From the NCBI GenBank assembly GCA_965279115.1, contig OZ257137.1:732224-796223 (forward strand): 64,000 nucleotides of DNA, read 5' to 3'. Positions 50,324-60,418 of the stretch are shown piece by piece (position 1 is the first letter of the stretch; each line of letters begins with the position of its first letter). The notes under the pieces are model-generated. The model was given only the letters and a program-made list of their open reading frames with translations, was not told the DNA's origin and ran no database searches. The translations under genes were made by a program, and so were the position numbers. This stretch comes from Burkholderiales bacterium (GTDB taxonomy: Bacteria; Pseudomonadota; Gammaproteobacteria; Burkholderiales; JAEUOS01).

Positions 50324-50393
50324 GGTTGGCCTTTCTTTCTTGCGTTTGTTGGATTGCCGATGCCATAGATTGACATCGGCAAGAAAGCCCACA

Positions 50394-50407
50394 TTGATCG
50401 ATATCAA
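50394..50407. promoter_or_regulatory. perfect FNR/Anr-type box TTGAT-CGAT-ATCAA
   Basis: TTGATCGATATCAA matches the consensus TTGAT-N4-ATCAA exactly. Its centre lies about 77 nt upstream of the usp ATG (50323, minus strand) and 135-200 nt upstream of the divergent methyltransferase gene. Confidence 0.6.
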
Positions 50408-50534
50408 ACAAGCGGATGCGCGCCAGCCGATGCAATGCGCGGGGGCCTTGGCACTGTCCGCCTGCCTGCGGGTGAGTCTCCCGTGATGCTGAGCGTGAGA
50501 GAATTTCCCGCGCACTGAAGTTCATGGCCGGAAA

Positions 50535-51437
50535 ATGGGAGCAAACGGCAAATCCAGGCCGCGGCACAGCCACTTGCAGCAGCCAACCCGGGAGAATCAC
50601 TTGGATACACAAAAGGCCGGCGTCGTCCGTTTCTACGACACCCATCCCATCAATGAGGACGAGATCCTGGCCAAGCTGCGCGCGCGCGGCGATGACCCGG
50701 ACAATCTCACCCAGGACCAGCTCAAGGACTTCGACCAGGACCACTATGGCGGAATCGACGTCGTCGACGCGTTGGCCGATCGCGCCGGCATCGGGCCCGG
50801 ACTCCATGTGCTCGACGTGTGCAGCGGCATGGGCGGCCCGGCGCGCTGGCTGGCCCATCGCATCGGCTGCCGCGTCACTGGCCTGGATTTCACCCTTTCG
50901 CGGGTGGAAGCGGCCGAACGCCTGACCCGGCGCGTGGGGCTCGCCGATCGCGTGGACTTTCGTCACGGCGACGCGACCGCGATGCCGTTCGAGGCAAATG
51001 GTTTCGACATCGTCATCAGCCAGGAGGCCTGGTTGCATGTGCCTGACAAGCCTGCGGTTATCGCCGAATGCGCGCGCGTCCTGAAAGCCGGCGGCACCCT
51101 CGCGTTTACCGACGTGACCTTGCGGGTGCCGCTGACAGCGGACGAGGAGTCGCGCATGGGTGCCGAGATGCATGCGCCCGGCGTGGCCTCCGTGGATCGC
51201 TACCTCGCCCTGTTGCGGGACAACGGCTTGCAGATGCGCGGCAACGAGGACTTGTCAGCCATGTGGACCGACACCCTGGTCAAGCGCCTGGCAATGTACC
51301 GCGGCTTGCGCGACACCACGGTTGCCAAATTCGGCGAAGCGCATTTCGCCGCCTGGGACCATACCTACAGCTTTTTTGTCGGCCTGTTCTCGGCAGGCAA
51401 GCTGGGTGGCGCGCGCATCGTGGCAAACAAGCCCTGA
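50535..51437 (+). CDS. class I SAM-dependent methyltransferase
   Basis: Motif I is VLDVCSGMGGPARWLA. Also contains VTGLDF, DATAMPFEANGFDIVISQEA and LKAGGTLAFTD. The track start is ATG 50535. TTG 50601, preceded by GGGAGA-5 nt, is an attractive alternative start. Confidence 0.8.
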   Translation: MGANGKSRPRHSHLQQPTRENHLDTQKAGVVRFYDTHPINEDEILAKLRARGDDPDNLTQDQLKDFDQDHYGGIDVVDALADRAGIGPGLHVLDVCSGMGGPARWLAHRIGCRVTGLDFTLSRVEAAERLTRRVGLADRVDFRHGDATAMPFEANGFDIVISQEAWLHVPDKPAVIAECARVLKAGGTLAFTDVTLRVPLTADEESRMGAEMHAPGVASVDRYLALLRDNGLQMRGNEDLSAMWTDTLVKRLAMYRGLRDTTVAKFGEAHFAAWDHTYSFFVGLFSAGKLGGARIVANKP

Positions 51438-51463
51438 TCCAAAGCTCCACCAAACACGCCTCA

Positions 51464-52042
51464 ATGAGCCCGATCACGCATATCCTCGTCGGATGGACCG
51501 CCCTGGAAAGGGCTCTGCCCAACCGGCGTGACAAGGCCATCGTGGCCACGGCCGGCGTGCTGCCTGACCTGGACGGGCTGGGCATCGTGATCGACTTTGC
51601 CACCAGAACCCTGGGCCTTGCGGAAACCGACTACTACCAGACGTTCCACAGGCTATACGGCCACGGCCTCGCGGCGGCGCTGGTGTTCGCGTTCATTGCT
51701 TATGCCGTAGCACATCGCCGGTTGATGACGGCAGCGTTGTCATTGGTCGCGGTCCACCTGCACTTCGCCTGCGATCTGTTGGGCTCGCGCGGCAACGGCC
51801 CGGACGACATCTGGGGCATCTGGTATTTCGCGCCGTTTTCCACCGCCCACGAGATCGCCTGGTCCGGACAATGGCCACTGGTAGGCTGGCAGAACATGCT
51901 CATCACCGCCGTGCTGATCGCGATCACCCTGGAACGGGCATCGCGCCGCGGATATTCGCCGCTGGTGATACTGAGTCCGGCTGCCGATCGTGAACTCGTC
52001 GCCGTCCTGCGCAAGTGGCGCGGCATTCAAAGCGACCGGTAA
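51464..52042 (+). CDS. membrane-bound metal-dependent hydrolase, YdjM/DUF457-like
   Basis: Starts MSPITHILVGWTALE. Contains AGVLPDLDGLG, HRLYGHGL and AVHLHFACDLLGS, with several TM segments. The track ORF 51068-52042 is an upstream extension over the methyltransferase gene. Confidence 0.7.
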   Translation: MSPITHILVGWTALERALPNRRDKAIVATAGVLPDLDGLGIVIDFATRTLGLAETDYYQTFHRLYGHGLAAALVFAFIAYAVAHRRLMTAALSLVAVHLHFACDLLGSRGNGPDDIWGIWYFAPFSTAHEIAWSGQWPLVGWQNMLITAVLIAITLERASRRGYSPLVILSPAADRELVAVLRKWRGIQSDR

Positions 52043-55000
52043 GTCTCCCATACCTTGGTCAGGCGCTTGACCGACACCGGCATCGGGGTGCGCAGTTCCT
52101 GCGCGAACAGCGAAACCCGCAATTCCTCCAGCAGCCAGCGGAATTCCTCGAGACGCGGATCCATCGAGCCTGCACGCGCCAATTCGATCATGCGCCGTTG
52201 CCATGCCTGAGCCAACGGGGTGAATTCGGCCGTCAGTCGCGTATCTCGTGCCGGGTCGGCGCGCAGCTTGTCGATCCGCACCGAGATCGCCTGCAGGTAA
52301 CGCGGCATATGCGCCAGCCGTTCGTAGGGCAACGCGACGATGAAATCCTTGGGCAGCAGGCGCTGCATCTGCGCCGCGATGTCCTGGGCGGCAGCCGTGA
52401 AGGCCTTGGCGCCCACCAGCTTTTTCTGCATCGCCTGATGCGCCTCGAGCACGCGGGTGATGAGCCCGGTGATTTCCTGGGCGATGAGCGACAGGCGCGC
52501 GCGCCCTTCGTCGCGCCGCTTTGCAAACTCGGCTTCGCTGCGCGGTAGCGGCGTGGCCAGACAGGCGCGGCGGAGGGCGGCCTCGATCAGTTGCGTCACC
52601 AGTTCGCGCTCGCCGCCGAAAGGTGCATACATGAGGCCGATGGCACGAACGTTGAGGTTTTTTTCCAGAAAGCGGATCTGGTCCACCAGCGCCAGGCGCA
52701 GCAGGCGCGCAAGGCCCTTGATATGCGCGACGCCCGCGGCGCCCGGTTCATCGAACAACTCCACGTTGACGGCGCCGCCGGTATCGACCAGCGCCGGATA
52801 GCCGATCAGCGCACCGACTTCGACAATTTCTTCGAGTTCGCCGAAATCCCACTGGGTACGCCCCTCGTGCAGTACGCGCCCGGGCAGCGCAGCGGCTTTT
52901 GCGTCGGTGCGTGCCGCCCCGCTGGCGGGAGCCGTGCCGCCACCGAGTTTTGCGCGCGCCGTGTTGGCGAAACTGGCGGTTGCGCGGTCGGCATGTGCCG
53001 CACGCAGTTGCACGAGGTTGCGGCCCATGTCGAGCTGGCGGCCATGCTCGTCGACCACCTTGAAATTCATCACCAGATGCGTCGGCACGGTTTCCAGCTT
53101 GAAGGCATCCACAGGCACCACGACCGCGGTCTTCTCGCGAATCCAGCGTCCCAGCGCAGTTGCCATGGTGCCCGCCGGCACGGCCTCGCCGGAATGCGCG
53201 GCCGCGAAGCCGGTGGCGAAATCCGGCAAGGGTACGCAGCCGCGCCGGAGTTTCTGCGGCAAGGACTTGAGCAGCGCCAGCGCCTTTTCCTTGCGCATGC
53301 CCGGCACCAGCCAGTCGCACCGGTCTGCGTCGACCTGATTGAGGGCCGCCAGCGGCACAGTCGCGGTCACACCATCGCGCGGCGAGCCTGGTTCAAAGTG
53401 ATAGGAAAACGCGAACTCGATCGGCCCGGCCGACAGGCGCGCCTTCTTGGGAAACAGGTCCGTGGTGATGCCCGCCGCCTCGTGGCGCATCAAGTCGTCG
53501 CGCTTGAGGAATAGCTGCTTCGGGTCTGCACGCTCGGCTTCCTTGCGCCAGATCTCGAAGGTGGTGCCGTCGACCACCCGCGCGGGAATGACCGCGTCGT
53601 AGAACGCATATATCAGCTCATCGTCGACCAGCACGTCGGGGCGGCGCGACTTGTGCTCGAGTTCCTCGATCTCGCGGGTCAGGCGTTGGTTGTGGGTGAA
53701 AAACGGCGCGCGGGTCTCGATTTCGCCCGCCACCAGCGCGCCGCGAATGAACAGCTCACGTGCATGCTTCGGGTCCACCTTGGCGTACTCGATGCGCCGC
53801 TGGGTGTAGACCGGAATGCCGTAAAGGGTCGCGCGTTCCAGCGCCATTGGACGGGTGGCGTTCTTCTCCCAGCGCGGGTCGTGCCAGGAGCGCTTGAGCA
53901 GATGCGCCCCGGCTTCTTCCAGCCATTGCGGGTCGATGTTGGCGAGGGTGCGCGCATACAGGCGGGTGGTCTCGACCAGTTCGGCGGCCATCACCCACTT
54001 GCCGGCCTTGCGGCCGAGTGAAGAGCCGGGGTGTGGATAGAAGCGGATGCCGCGCGCGCCCAGATAGTGCGCTTCGGCATCGCTTTTCAGACCGATGTTG
54101 CCCAACAGGCCGGTGAGCAGCGCGCGATGGATCTGTTCGTGGTTGGCCGGCTTTTCGCTGATGCGCCAGCCCTGCTCCTCGGCGAGCTGGACCAACTGGC
54201 TGTGCACGTCGCGCCACTCGCGCATGCGACGCACGGAAAGAAAGTTCTTCTGACAGGCCGCCGCGAGCTTGCGGTTGGTCAACTCGTCGCGCGCCTCCTC
54301 GAAAAACGCCCACAGCTTGAGGTAGCCGGCAAACTCGGACTTCTCGTCCTTGAAGCGCGCATGCGCCTGGTCGGCGGCGGCCTGGCGTTCGAGCGGGCGG
54401 TCGCGCGGGTCCTGAACCGACAAGGCAGAGGCGATGATGAGCAGTTCGGCCAGCGCCTGGCGGTCCCGTCCACCCAGGATCATGCGCCCGATGCGCGGGT
54501 CGAGCGGCAACCGCGAAAGCTCCTGACCCGTGGGTGTAAGCAGGTTGTCTTCGCCGAGGGCGCCGAGTTCCTGCAATAGCTGGTAACCGTCGGCGATCGC
54601 CTTCGGCGGCGGCGCTTCCAGAAACGGAAACGCCTCGATCTCCCCCAGCTTGAGCGATTTCATGCGCAGGATCACCGACGCCAGCGAGGAGCGCAGGATC
54701 TCCGGGTCGGTGAAGCGCGGACGGGCGGTGTAGTCCGTCTCGCCGTACAAGCGGATGCAGATGCCGGCGGCGACCCGGCCGCATCGTCCGGCGCGCTGGT
54801 TGGCCGCAGCCTGCGAGACCTTCTCGACCTGCAACTGCTCGACCTTGTTGCGATAGCTGTAGCGCTTGACGCGCGCCAGGCCGGTGTCGATGACGAAGCG
54901 TATGCCCGGCACGGTGAGGGACGTTTCCGCCACATTGGTGGCCAGCACCACGCGCCGCAACGCGCCGCCTGGCTTGAAGATGCGCTCCTGATCCTGCGCG

Positions 55001-55863
55001 GAAAGCCGCGCATAGAGCGGCAGTATCTCCAGTGGGGTACGGGTACCGGTCGCGTGGCGCGAGAGCAGGTCGGCGGTGTCGCGTATCTCGCGCTCGCCGG
55101 GCAGGAAGATCAGGATATCGCCACGCCCCGCGATGGCGCACTCGTCGACTGCGTCGACGATGGCGTCCTCGATGTCGCGTTCCTCGTCTTCGGCCATGTC
55201 GGGGTGGCGTACCGGACGGTAACGCACTTCCACCGGATACAGGCGTCCGGACACTTCGATCACCGGCGCCGGACCGCGGGCCGACTCGAAATGCCGCGCG
55301 AATCGATCGGCGTCGATGGTGGCCGAGGTGACGATCAGCTTGAGGTCCGGCCGGCGCGGCAGCAGCTGCTTGAGGTACCCCAGCAGAAAGTCGATGTTGA
55401 GCGAGCGCTCATGCGCCTCGTCGATGATGAGGGTGTCGTAGGCCTTGAGGTCGGGGTCGCCCTGGGTTTCCGCCAGAAGTATGCCGTCGGTCATGAGCTT
55501 GACGTAGGAGTCGCGCCCGACCTTCTCGTTGAAGCGGATCTTGTAGCCCACGGCCGTTCCAAGCTCGGTGCCCAGCTCCTGCGCGATGCGCGCTGCGGTG
55601 GCGCGTGCGGCGATGCGCCGCGGCTGGGTGTGGCCGACCAGCCCGGCGATGCCGCGCCCGAGCTCGAGGCAGATTTTCGGCAACTGGGTGGTCTTGCCTG
55701 AGCCGGTCTCGCCGCAGACGATCACCACCTGGTGGTCACGGATGGCCGCCGCGACGTCGGTGCGCCTGGCCGAGACCGGCAAGTCCTCCGGATAGGTGAT
55801 CGCCGGCAGGCGCGCCACGCGCGCGGCCTGCGCCGCGGGGGAGAGTGATGGGAGGCGCGACAT
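52027..55863 (-). CDS. hrpA: ATP-dependent RNA helicase HrpA (DEAH-box)
   Basis: Length 1278 aa. Contains VVIVCGETGSGKTTQLPK (Walker A), IIDEAHERS (DEAH), TNVAETSLT and QRAGRCGR, plus the long HrpA-specific C-terminal region. Confidence 0.95.
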   Translation of the reverse strand: MSRLPSLSPAAQAARVARLPAITYPEDLPVSARRTDVAAAIRDHQVVIVCGETGSGKTTQLPKICLELGRGIAGLVGHTQPRRIAARATAARIAQELGTELGTAVGYKIRFNEKVGRDSYVKLMTDGILLAETQGDPDLKAYDTLIIDEAHERSLNIDFLLGYLKQLLPRRPDLKLIVTSATIDADRFARHFESARGPAPVIEVSGRLYPVEVRYRPVRHPDMAEDEERDIEDAIVDAVDECAIAGRGDILIFLPGEREIRDTADLLSRHATGTRTPLEILPLYARLSAQDQERIFKPGGALRRVVLATNVAETSLTVPGIRFVIDTGLARVKRYSYRNKVEQLQVEKVSQAAANQRAGRCGRVAAGICIRLYGETDYTARPRFTDPEILRSSLASVILRMKSLKLGEIEAFPFLEAPPPKAIADGYQLLQELGALGEDNLLTPTGQELSRLPLDPRIGRMILGGRDRQALAELLIIASALSVQDPRDRPLERQAAADQAHARFKDEKSEFAGYLKLWAFFEEARDELTNRKLAAACQKNFLSVRRMREWRDVHSQLVQLAEEQGWRISEKPANHEQIHRALLTGLLGNIGLKSDAEAHYLGARGIRFYPHPGSSLGRKAGKWVMAAELVETTRLYARTLANIDPQWLEEAGAHLLKRSWHDPRWEKNATRPMALERATLYGIPVYTQRRIEYAKVDPKHARELFIRGALVAGEIETRAPFFTHNQRLTREIEELEHKSRRPDVLVDDELIYAFYDAVIPARVVDGTTFEIWRKEAERADPKQLFLKRDDLMRHEAAGITTDLFPKKARLSAGPIEFAFSYHFEPGSPRDGVTATVPLAALNQVDADRCDWLVPGMRKEKALALLKSLPQKLRRGCVPLPDFATGFAAAHSGEAVPAGTMATALGRWIREKTAVVVPVDAFKLETVPTHLVMNFKVVDEHGRQLDMGRNLVQLRAAHADRATASFANTARAKLGGGTAPASGAARTDAKAAALPGRVLHEGRTQWDFGELEEIVEVGALIGYPALVDTGGAVNVELFDEPGAAGVAHIKGLARLLRLALVDQIRFLEKNLNVRAIGLMYAPFGGERELVTQLIEAALRRACLATPLPRSEAEFAKRRDEGRARLSLIAQEITGLITRVLEAHQAMQKKLVGAKAFTAAAQDIAAQMQRLLPKDFIVALPYERLAHMPRYLQAISVRIDKLRADPARDTRLTAEFTPLAQAWQRRMIELARAGSMDPRLEEFRWLLEELRVSLFAQELRTPMPVSVKRLTKVWETYRSL

Positions 55864-55957
55864 AGGGCGCGGATTCTAGCCGAGCGTGACTCGCGCGCCA
55901 CGCAAACCGTGCCTGGCGGCGAAATTTCCTCGCGCGCGCCGCTGGCGGCCATATAAA

Positions 55958-57370
55958 ATGAACTGCCACCCACGCCGCCGGACAACGAACTTGCCGCCGC
56001 CCATCCGCCCGCATCACACCGCCGATTTTGTCACCTGGTTCCGCTCGGCCGCGCCGTGGCTGCATGCCTTTCGCGGCAAGACCTTCGTCATCGCCTTCGG
56101 CGGCGAGATCGTCGAATCGGGACAGGTGGAGTCGCTCACCCAGGACATCAACCTGCTCACCTCGATCGGCATTCGCGTGGTGATCGTGTGCGGCTCGCGT
56201 CCTCAGATCAACGCTGCGTTGGCGGCGCGTGGCTTGACCACCGACTTCCAGCATGGCTTGCGCATCACGCACCCAAAGGCGATGGATTGCGTCAAGGAGG
56301 CGGTGGGCCGCTTGCGCATCGAATTCGAGCAGCGTTTTTCCTTCGGCCTGCCCAACACCCCGATGGCGCAGTCGGAAGGCGTGCGCCTGATGAGCGGCAG
56401 CCTCATCACCGCGCAGCCGGTGGGTGTGATCGATGGGCTCGACTTCCAGTTTTCCGGCAATGTGCGCGATATCGACGCCGAGACCATCCACCACGCACTC
56501 AGCAACGGCGACATCGTGCTCCTGACGCCGATCGGCTATTCGCCCACCGGCGAGGCGTTCAACCTGATGATGGAGGACGTGGCCGCCAGCGTGGCCATCG
56601 CGCTCGATGCCGAAAAGCTCATCTTCCTGATCGACGCCGCCGGGCTGCCCCCCCTGCCCGGCGCCAAGACCAAGCGCGCCAGGGCGCAGGAAATTTCCCG
56701 CGAACTCGCCGCCGCCGAGGCCGAAATGCTGTTCAAGGCGGCGGCGCAATCTCCGGAACTCTCCGGCATGAGCGATGACACCCTGCGGGCGCTGGATGCG
56801 ACCGTGCGCGCCTCCAAGGGCGGGGTGGCGCGCACGCACCTGATTCCGCGTGAAACCGATGGCGCGCTCCTGATGGAACTGTTCTCCTACGGCGGCATCG
56901 GCACCATGATCACCGAGGCCGGTCTCGAGACCATGCGTGACGCCACCATCGAGGACGTCGGCGGTGTATTGAAGCTGATAGAACCCCTGGAAGCCGACGG
57001 CACGCTGGTGCGTCGCGGACGCGAGAAGCTGGAAGCCGAGATCGGCCAGTTCAGCGTGATCGACCATGACGGCGTGATCGCCGGCTGCGCGGCGCTCTAC
57101 CCGTTCTCGCGCGAAGGGCTGGCCGAGATGGCCTGCTTCGTGGTGTCGCCCGGCTACCGCGGCCGCAACTACGGCGAGCAATTGCTTTCGCGCATGGAAG
57201 CCAAGGCGCGGCAGTTCCGCATCAAGCGCCTGTTCGTCCTGACCACGCGCACGGCGCACTGGTTCATCGAGCACGGCTTTGTCGAAGGCAGCCTCGATGA
57301 GTTGCCCGAGGCCAGGCAGAAGCTCTACAACTTCCAGCGCCAGTCGAAAATCTTCCTCAAGAAGCTCTGA
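55958..57370 (+). CDS. argA: amino-acid N-acetyltransferase (N-acetylglutamate synthase)
   Basis: Contains FVTWFRSAAPWLHAFRGKTFVIAFGGE and IRVVIVCGSRPQI (AAK domain), with a C-terminal GNAT domain (YRGRNYGEQLL). The start is uncertain: ATG 55958 has no RBS, and GTG 55886 or TTG 55991 are possible. Confidence 0.85.
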   Translation: MNCHPRRRTTNLPPPIRPHHTADFVTWFRSAAPWLHAFRGKTFVIAFGGEIVESGQVESLTQDINLLTSIGIRVVIVCGSRPQINAALAARGLTTDFQHGLRITHPKAMDCVKEAVGRLRIEFEQRFSFGLPNTPMAQSEGVRLMSGSLITAQPVGVIDGLDFQFSGNVRDIDAETIHHALSNGDIVLLTPIGYSPTGEAFNLMMEDVAASVAIALDAEKLIFLIDAAGLPPLPGAKTKRARAQEISRELAAAEAEMLFKAAAQSPELSGMSDDTLRALDATVRASKGGVARTHLIPRETDGALLMELFSYGGIGTMITEAGLETMRDATIEDVGGVLKLIEPLEADGTLVRRGREKLEAEIGQFSVIDHDGVIAGCAALYPFSREGLAEMACFVVSPGYRGRNYGEQLLSRMEAKARQFRIKRLFVLTTRTAHWFIEHGFVEGSLDELPEARQKLYNFQRQSKIFLKKL

Positions 57371-57445
57371 GCACCGTACTGAGCGAGCGCGCGTCGCCGC
57401 GTAAACTACGGGTTTTCAGTTTCCGATTTTTCTGGAGAGCAACAA

Positions 57446-57718
57446 ATGGCTCGAATGGTTCAATGCGTCAAGCTCGGTCGCGAAGGCGAGGGGCTCGATT
57501 TTCCGCCCTATCCGGGCGAACTCGGCAAGAAGGTATGGGAAGGCATTTCGAAGGAGGCATGGGGCATGTGGCTCAAGCACCAGACCATGCTGATCAACGA
57601 AAACCGCCTGTCGGGCGCGGACCCGCGCGCGCGCAAATACCTGATGGAGCAGGCCGAGAAATTCCTCTTCGAAGGCAGCGCCGACGCCGCGTCGGGCTAC
57701 GTGCCGCCTGCCGCCTGA
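57446..57718 (+). CDS. yggX: oxidative damage protection / Fe(2+)-trafficking protein YggX
   Basis: Starts [55 protein letters not shown], a near-canonical YggX sequence. Confidence 0.9.
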   Translation: MARMVQCVKLGREGEGLDFPPYPGELGKKVWEGISKEAWGMWLKHQTMLINENRLSGADPRARKYLMEQAEKFLFEGSADAASGYVPPAA

Positions 57719-57731
57719 GAGCCCGCAGGCT

Positions 57732-58400
57732 TCAGGCGCCACCCGCGCGCATGGTCTTGACTCCGTCGGCGGTGCCGAGCAGCAACACGTCGGCGCCGCG
57801 CCGGGCAAACAGGCCCACCGTCACCACGCCGATGATCTGATTGATCTGCGTCTCCATCGCCACCGGGTCGGCAATGGAGAGCCCGGCGACATCGAGGATT
57901 TCGTTGCCGTTGTCGGTGACAAACCCCGCACGCAGCGTGGGCTTGCCACCCATGGCTGCCAGGGCGCGAGCAACGTGTGAACGCGCCATCGGAATGACCT
58001 CGACCGGCAGCGGGAACCGGCCCAGCTGTGCGACCAGCTTGGTTTGGTCGGCAATGCAGACAAAACGCTTCGCCACGGCTGCCACGATCTTTTCGCGCGT
58101 GAGCGCGCCGCCGCCGCCCTTGATCATTGCCAGGCTCGCGGTCACCTCGTCGGCACCATCGACATAGACCGGAATGTCATCGACGTCGTTCAAGTCCAGC
58201 ACGCGGATGCCGTGACCGGCGAGGCGCTCCGCACTGCGCACGGAACTGGCCACCGCGCCCCTGATGCGGTCACGCATCTTGGCGAGTTCGTCAATGAAAA
58301 GGTTGGCGGTGGAACCGGTGCCGACCCCCACGATGGCGTCGGGCACGACATGCTTGATCGCCTCGCGCGCGACGGCGGCCTTGAGTTCGTCCTGGGTCAT
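57732..58400 (-). CDS. rpiA: ribose-5-phosphate isomerase A
   Basis: Starts [18 protein letters not shown]. Contains [38 protein letters not shown] and [12 protein letters not shown], which is collinear with E. coli RpiA. Start at ATG 58400. Confidence 0.95.
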   Translation of the reverse strand: MTQDELKAAVAREAIKHVVPDAIVGVGTGSTANLFIDELAKMRDRIRGAVASSVRSAERLAGHGIRVLDLNDVDDIPVYVDGADEVTASLAMIKGGGGALTREKIVAAVAKRFVCIADQTKLVAQLGRFPLPVEVIPMARSHVARALAAMGGKPTLRAGFVTDNGNEILDVAGLSIADPVAMETQINQIIGVVTVGLFARRGADVLLLGTADGVKTMRAGGA

Positions 58401-58407
58401 GGCAGAC

Positions 58408-59160
58408 CTATTTCGCGGCTTCGTTGATCGCGGCTTCCAGTTGCGCCAGCGAAATTGCGCCGGGTATGCGGCGGCCATTCGCGAGGAACAGTGTCGGCGT
58501 GGCATTGACCCGCATTTTCTGGCCCAGCGCCTGCACGCTCTCGATCGGGTTGTCGCACGCACCGGAACCCGAAGGCGGCTGTCCCCTGAGCATCCAGTCG
58601 TTCCATGACTTGAGCTTGTCGGCGGAGCACCACACGGCCTTGGACTTCACCACCGAATCGGGGGACAGGATCGGATACAGATAGATGTAGATGGTGGCGT
58701 CGGGGATCTTCGCCAGCGTTTCGCGCTCGAATTTCTTGCAGTAGCCGCAATTGGGGTCGGCGAAGTAAGCCAGCTTGCGCTTGCCGCTGCCGTTGACCTG
58801 CTTGATGCTGGAAGCCACCGGCAGGTCATCGAATCTGATCGCGGAGAGCTTGTCGATGCGCTCCTGGGTGAGATTTTCCATGGTCTTGCCGTCGAGCACG
58901 TTGCCATGGAACAGGTAGGTCACCCTCTCGTCGGTGTAGATCACCTCGCCGCCGACGCGCACCTCGAACAACCCAAAGAATGGCGTACGGGTAACACCAT
59001 CGATCACCGTGCCAGGCCGCATGCGCGATTCCAACAGGCGCTTGATGTTGGCTTCCGGCCCGCCGATCTTGAGCGGCTCCTTCGAGGTTTCCTGAGCGAA
59101 AGCAAACGCTGCAACGAAAAACGCCAGGCAAGCGCCGGCGAAGGAAAAGGTTCTGGTCAT
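58408..59160 (-). CDS. dsbC: thiol:disulfide interchange protein, DsbC/DsbG family
   Basis: Signal peptide [22 protein letters not shown]. Has an N-terminal dimerisation domain and a thioredoxin fold with [12 protein letters not shown] (CGYC). Start at ATG 59160, with ATG 59172 also possible. Confidence 0.85.
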   Translation of the reverse strand: MTRTFSFAGACLAFFVAAFAFAQETSKEPLKIGGPEANIKRLLESRMRPGTVIDGVTRTPFFGLFEVRVGGEVIYTDERVTYLFHGNVLDGKTMENLTQERIDKLSAIRFDDLPVASSIKQVNGSGKRKLAYFADPNCGYCKKFERETLAKIPDATIYIYLYPILSPDSVVKSKAVWCSADKLKSWNDWMLRGQPPSGSGACDNPIESVQALGQKMRVNATPTLFLANGRRIPGAISLAQLEAAINEAAK

Positions 59161-59227
59161 GTTGGGGCCCATGGTTTGGTCTGCCTGCACCCTTCTTGCG
59201 GACGATCCGGTGCGGTCAGCCTTCGTA

Positions 59228-60418
59228 TTATCCGCGAATCGCGCCGCGGACGATGATTTTGGGTATGACCGGCAAGCGGCCGGCAAGGTTCAATCCGAAG
59301 TTGCGCAGATTGCGGGCGACCGGGTGCTCAAGCGCGAAAAGCCTGGCCATGCCGTGGGTGACGGCATGCATTTCCGCCAGCGCCGCCTTGCGGGCGCGCT
59401 CGTACGCACGCAAGACCAGCGGGTCGCCGCAATCGCGCGCGCCAGCAAGCGCTGCGCACAGGCGCGCGCAATCCCCGAAACCAAGGTTGAGGCCCTGCCC
59501 CGCCAGAGGATGCAGGACATGCCCGGCATCCGCCACCAGGGCAAGGCGCGCTCCGATCAAGCGATTCGCACGCTGGTTTCGCAACGGAAACGCCGCGGGC
59601 GCGCCAATGCAGGTCAACCTGCCGAGCTTGTGCATGCCGGCCTGCGCAACCCGCGCAGACAATGCTTCCCCGTCCAGTCCGACCAACTCGCCGGCAAACG
59701 CGGTACTGACCGACCACACCATGGAAATGCAGTTGTCGGGCAGCGGCAGCCACGCAAGGATGCCGGACGCGCCATCTTCCTCCACGCGGAACCATTGCGA
59801 CGCGATGTTGTGGTGCGGCTTTTCGCAGCGGAAGTTCGCGACCACCGCGCTTTGCCGGTAGTCGAAGTGTTCGACCGCTATGCCGGCATGCTCCCGCACC
59901 CAGGATCGACCACCGTCGGCGCCAACCACAAGTTCCGACTCGATGACACGGCCGTCCGCGAGAATGATGCGCGCCTCGTCGGCGTTCGCTTCAAGCGAGG
60001 CTACCTGAACCGGACGCAGAACCTCAAGCGATGCCGAAAAACGCGCCGCGTCCGCCAGCACGCGGGAAAGCTCGCGCTCCTCGACGATGGTGCACAACTC
60101 GCCTATGCCGGCCCTGTACGCCGACAAGTCCAGCCCGGGCGAGAGCGTCGTGGCCTGGTCACCATAGACCTGCATGTCGTAAACAGGCGCAATCCGCGTC
60201 GGGTCGAGCGCGCCCCACATCTTCGTATGTGCCAGCCAGACCGCCGAGGCCGGACTGATGGCGTAGATGCGGGCGTCAAATTCACCGGCGGGCAAGGGAG
60301 CGTGCTGTGGCGCAGGGCGAGCATCCAGGACTACAACGCGCCTGCCCGCCTGGGAAAGCGCCAGACCGAGGGCCATTCCCGACAGCCCCGCCCCGATGAT
60401 TGCAACGTCGTGTCTCAC
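59228..60418 (-). CDS. UbiH/UbiF/VisC/COQ6-family FAD-dependent ubiquinone-biosynthesis hydroxylase
   Basis: GTG start. Contains HDVAIIGAGLSGMALGLAL (FAD GxGxxG), LVADAGHVLHPLAGQGLNLG and DCARL. Confidence 0.85.
   Translation of the reverse strand: MRHDVAIIGAGLSGMALGLALSQAGRRVVVLDARPAPQHAPLPAGEFDARIYAISPASAVWLAHTKMWGALDPTRIAPVYDMQVYGDQATTLSPGLDLSAYRAGIGELCTIVEERELSRVLADAARFSASLEVLRPVQVASLEANADEARIILADGRVIESELVVGADGGRSWVREHAGIAVEHFDYRQSAVVANFRCEKPHHNIASQWFRVEEDGASGILAWLPLPDNCISMVWSVSTAFAGELVGLDGEALSARVAQAGMHKLGRLTCIGAPAAFPLRNQRANRLIGARLALVADAGHVLHPLAGQGLNLGFGDCARLCAALAGARDCGDPLVLRAYERARKAALAEMHAVTHGMARLFALEHPVARNLRNFGLNLAGRLPVIPKIIVRGAIRG

Noticed and set aside
55950-55960. TATAAA directly abutting the argA ATG (55958), considered as evidence for a leaderless mRNA
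   Set aside because: A -10 hexamer touching the start codon would place the TSS inside the gene, and no matching -35 exists. I treat it as coincidence and leave the argA start flagged as uncertain.
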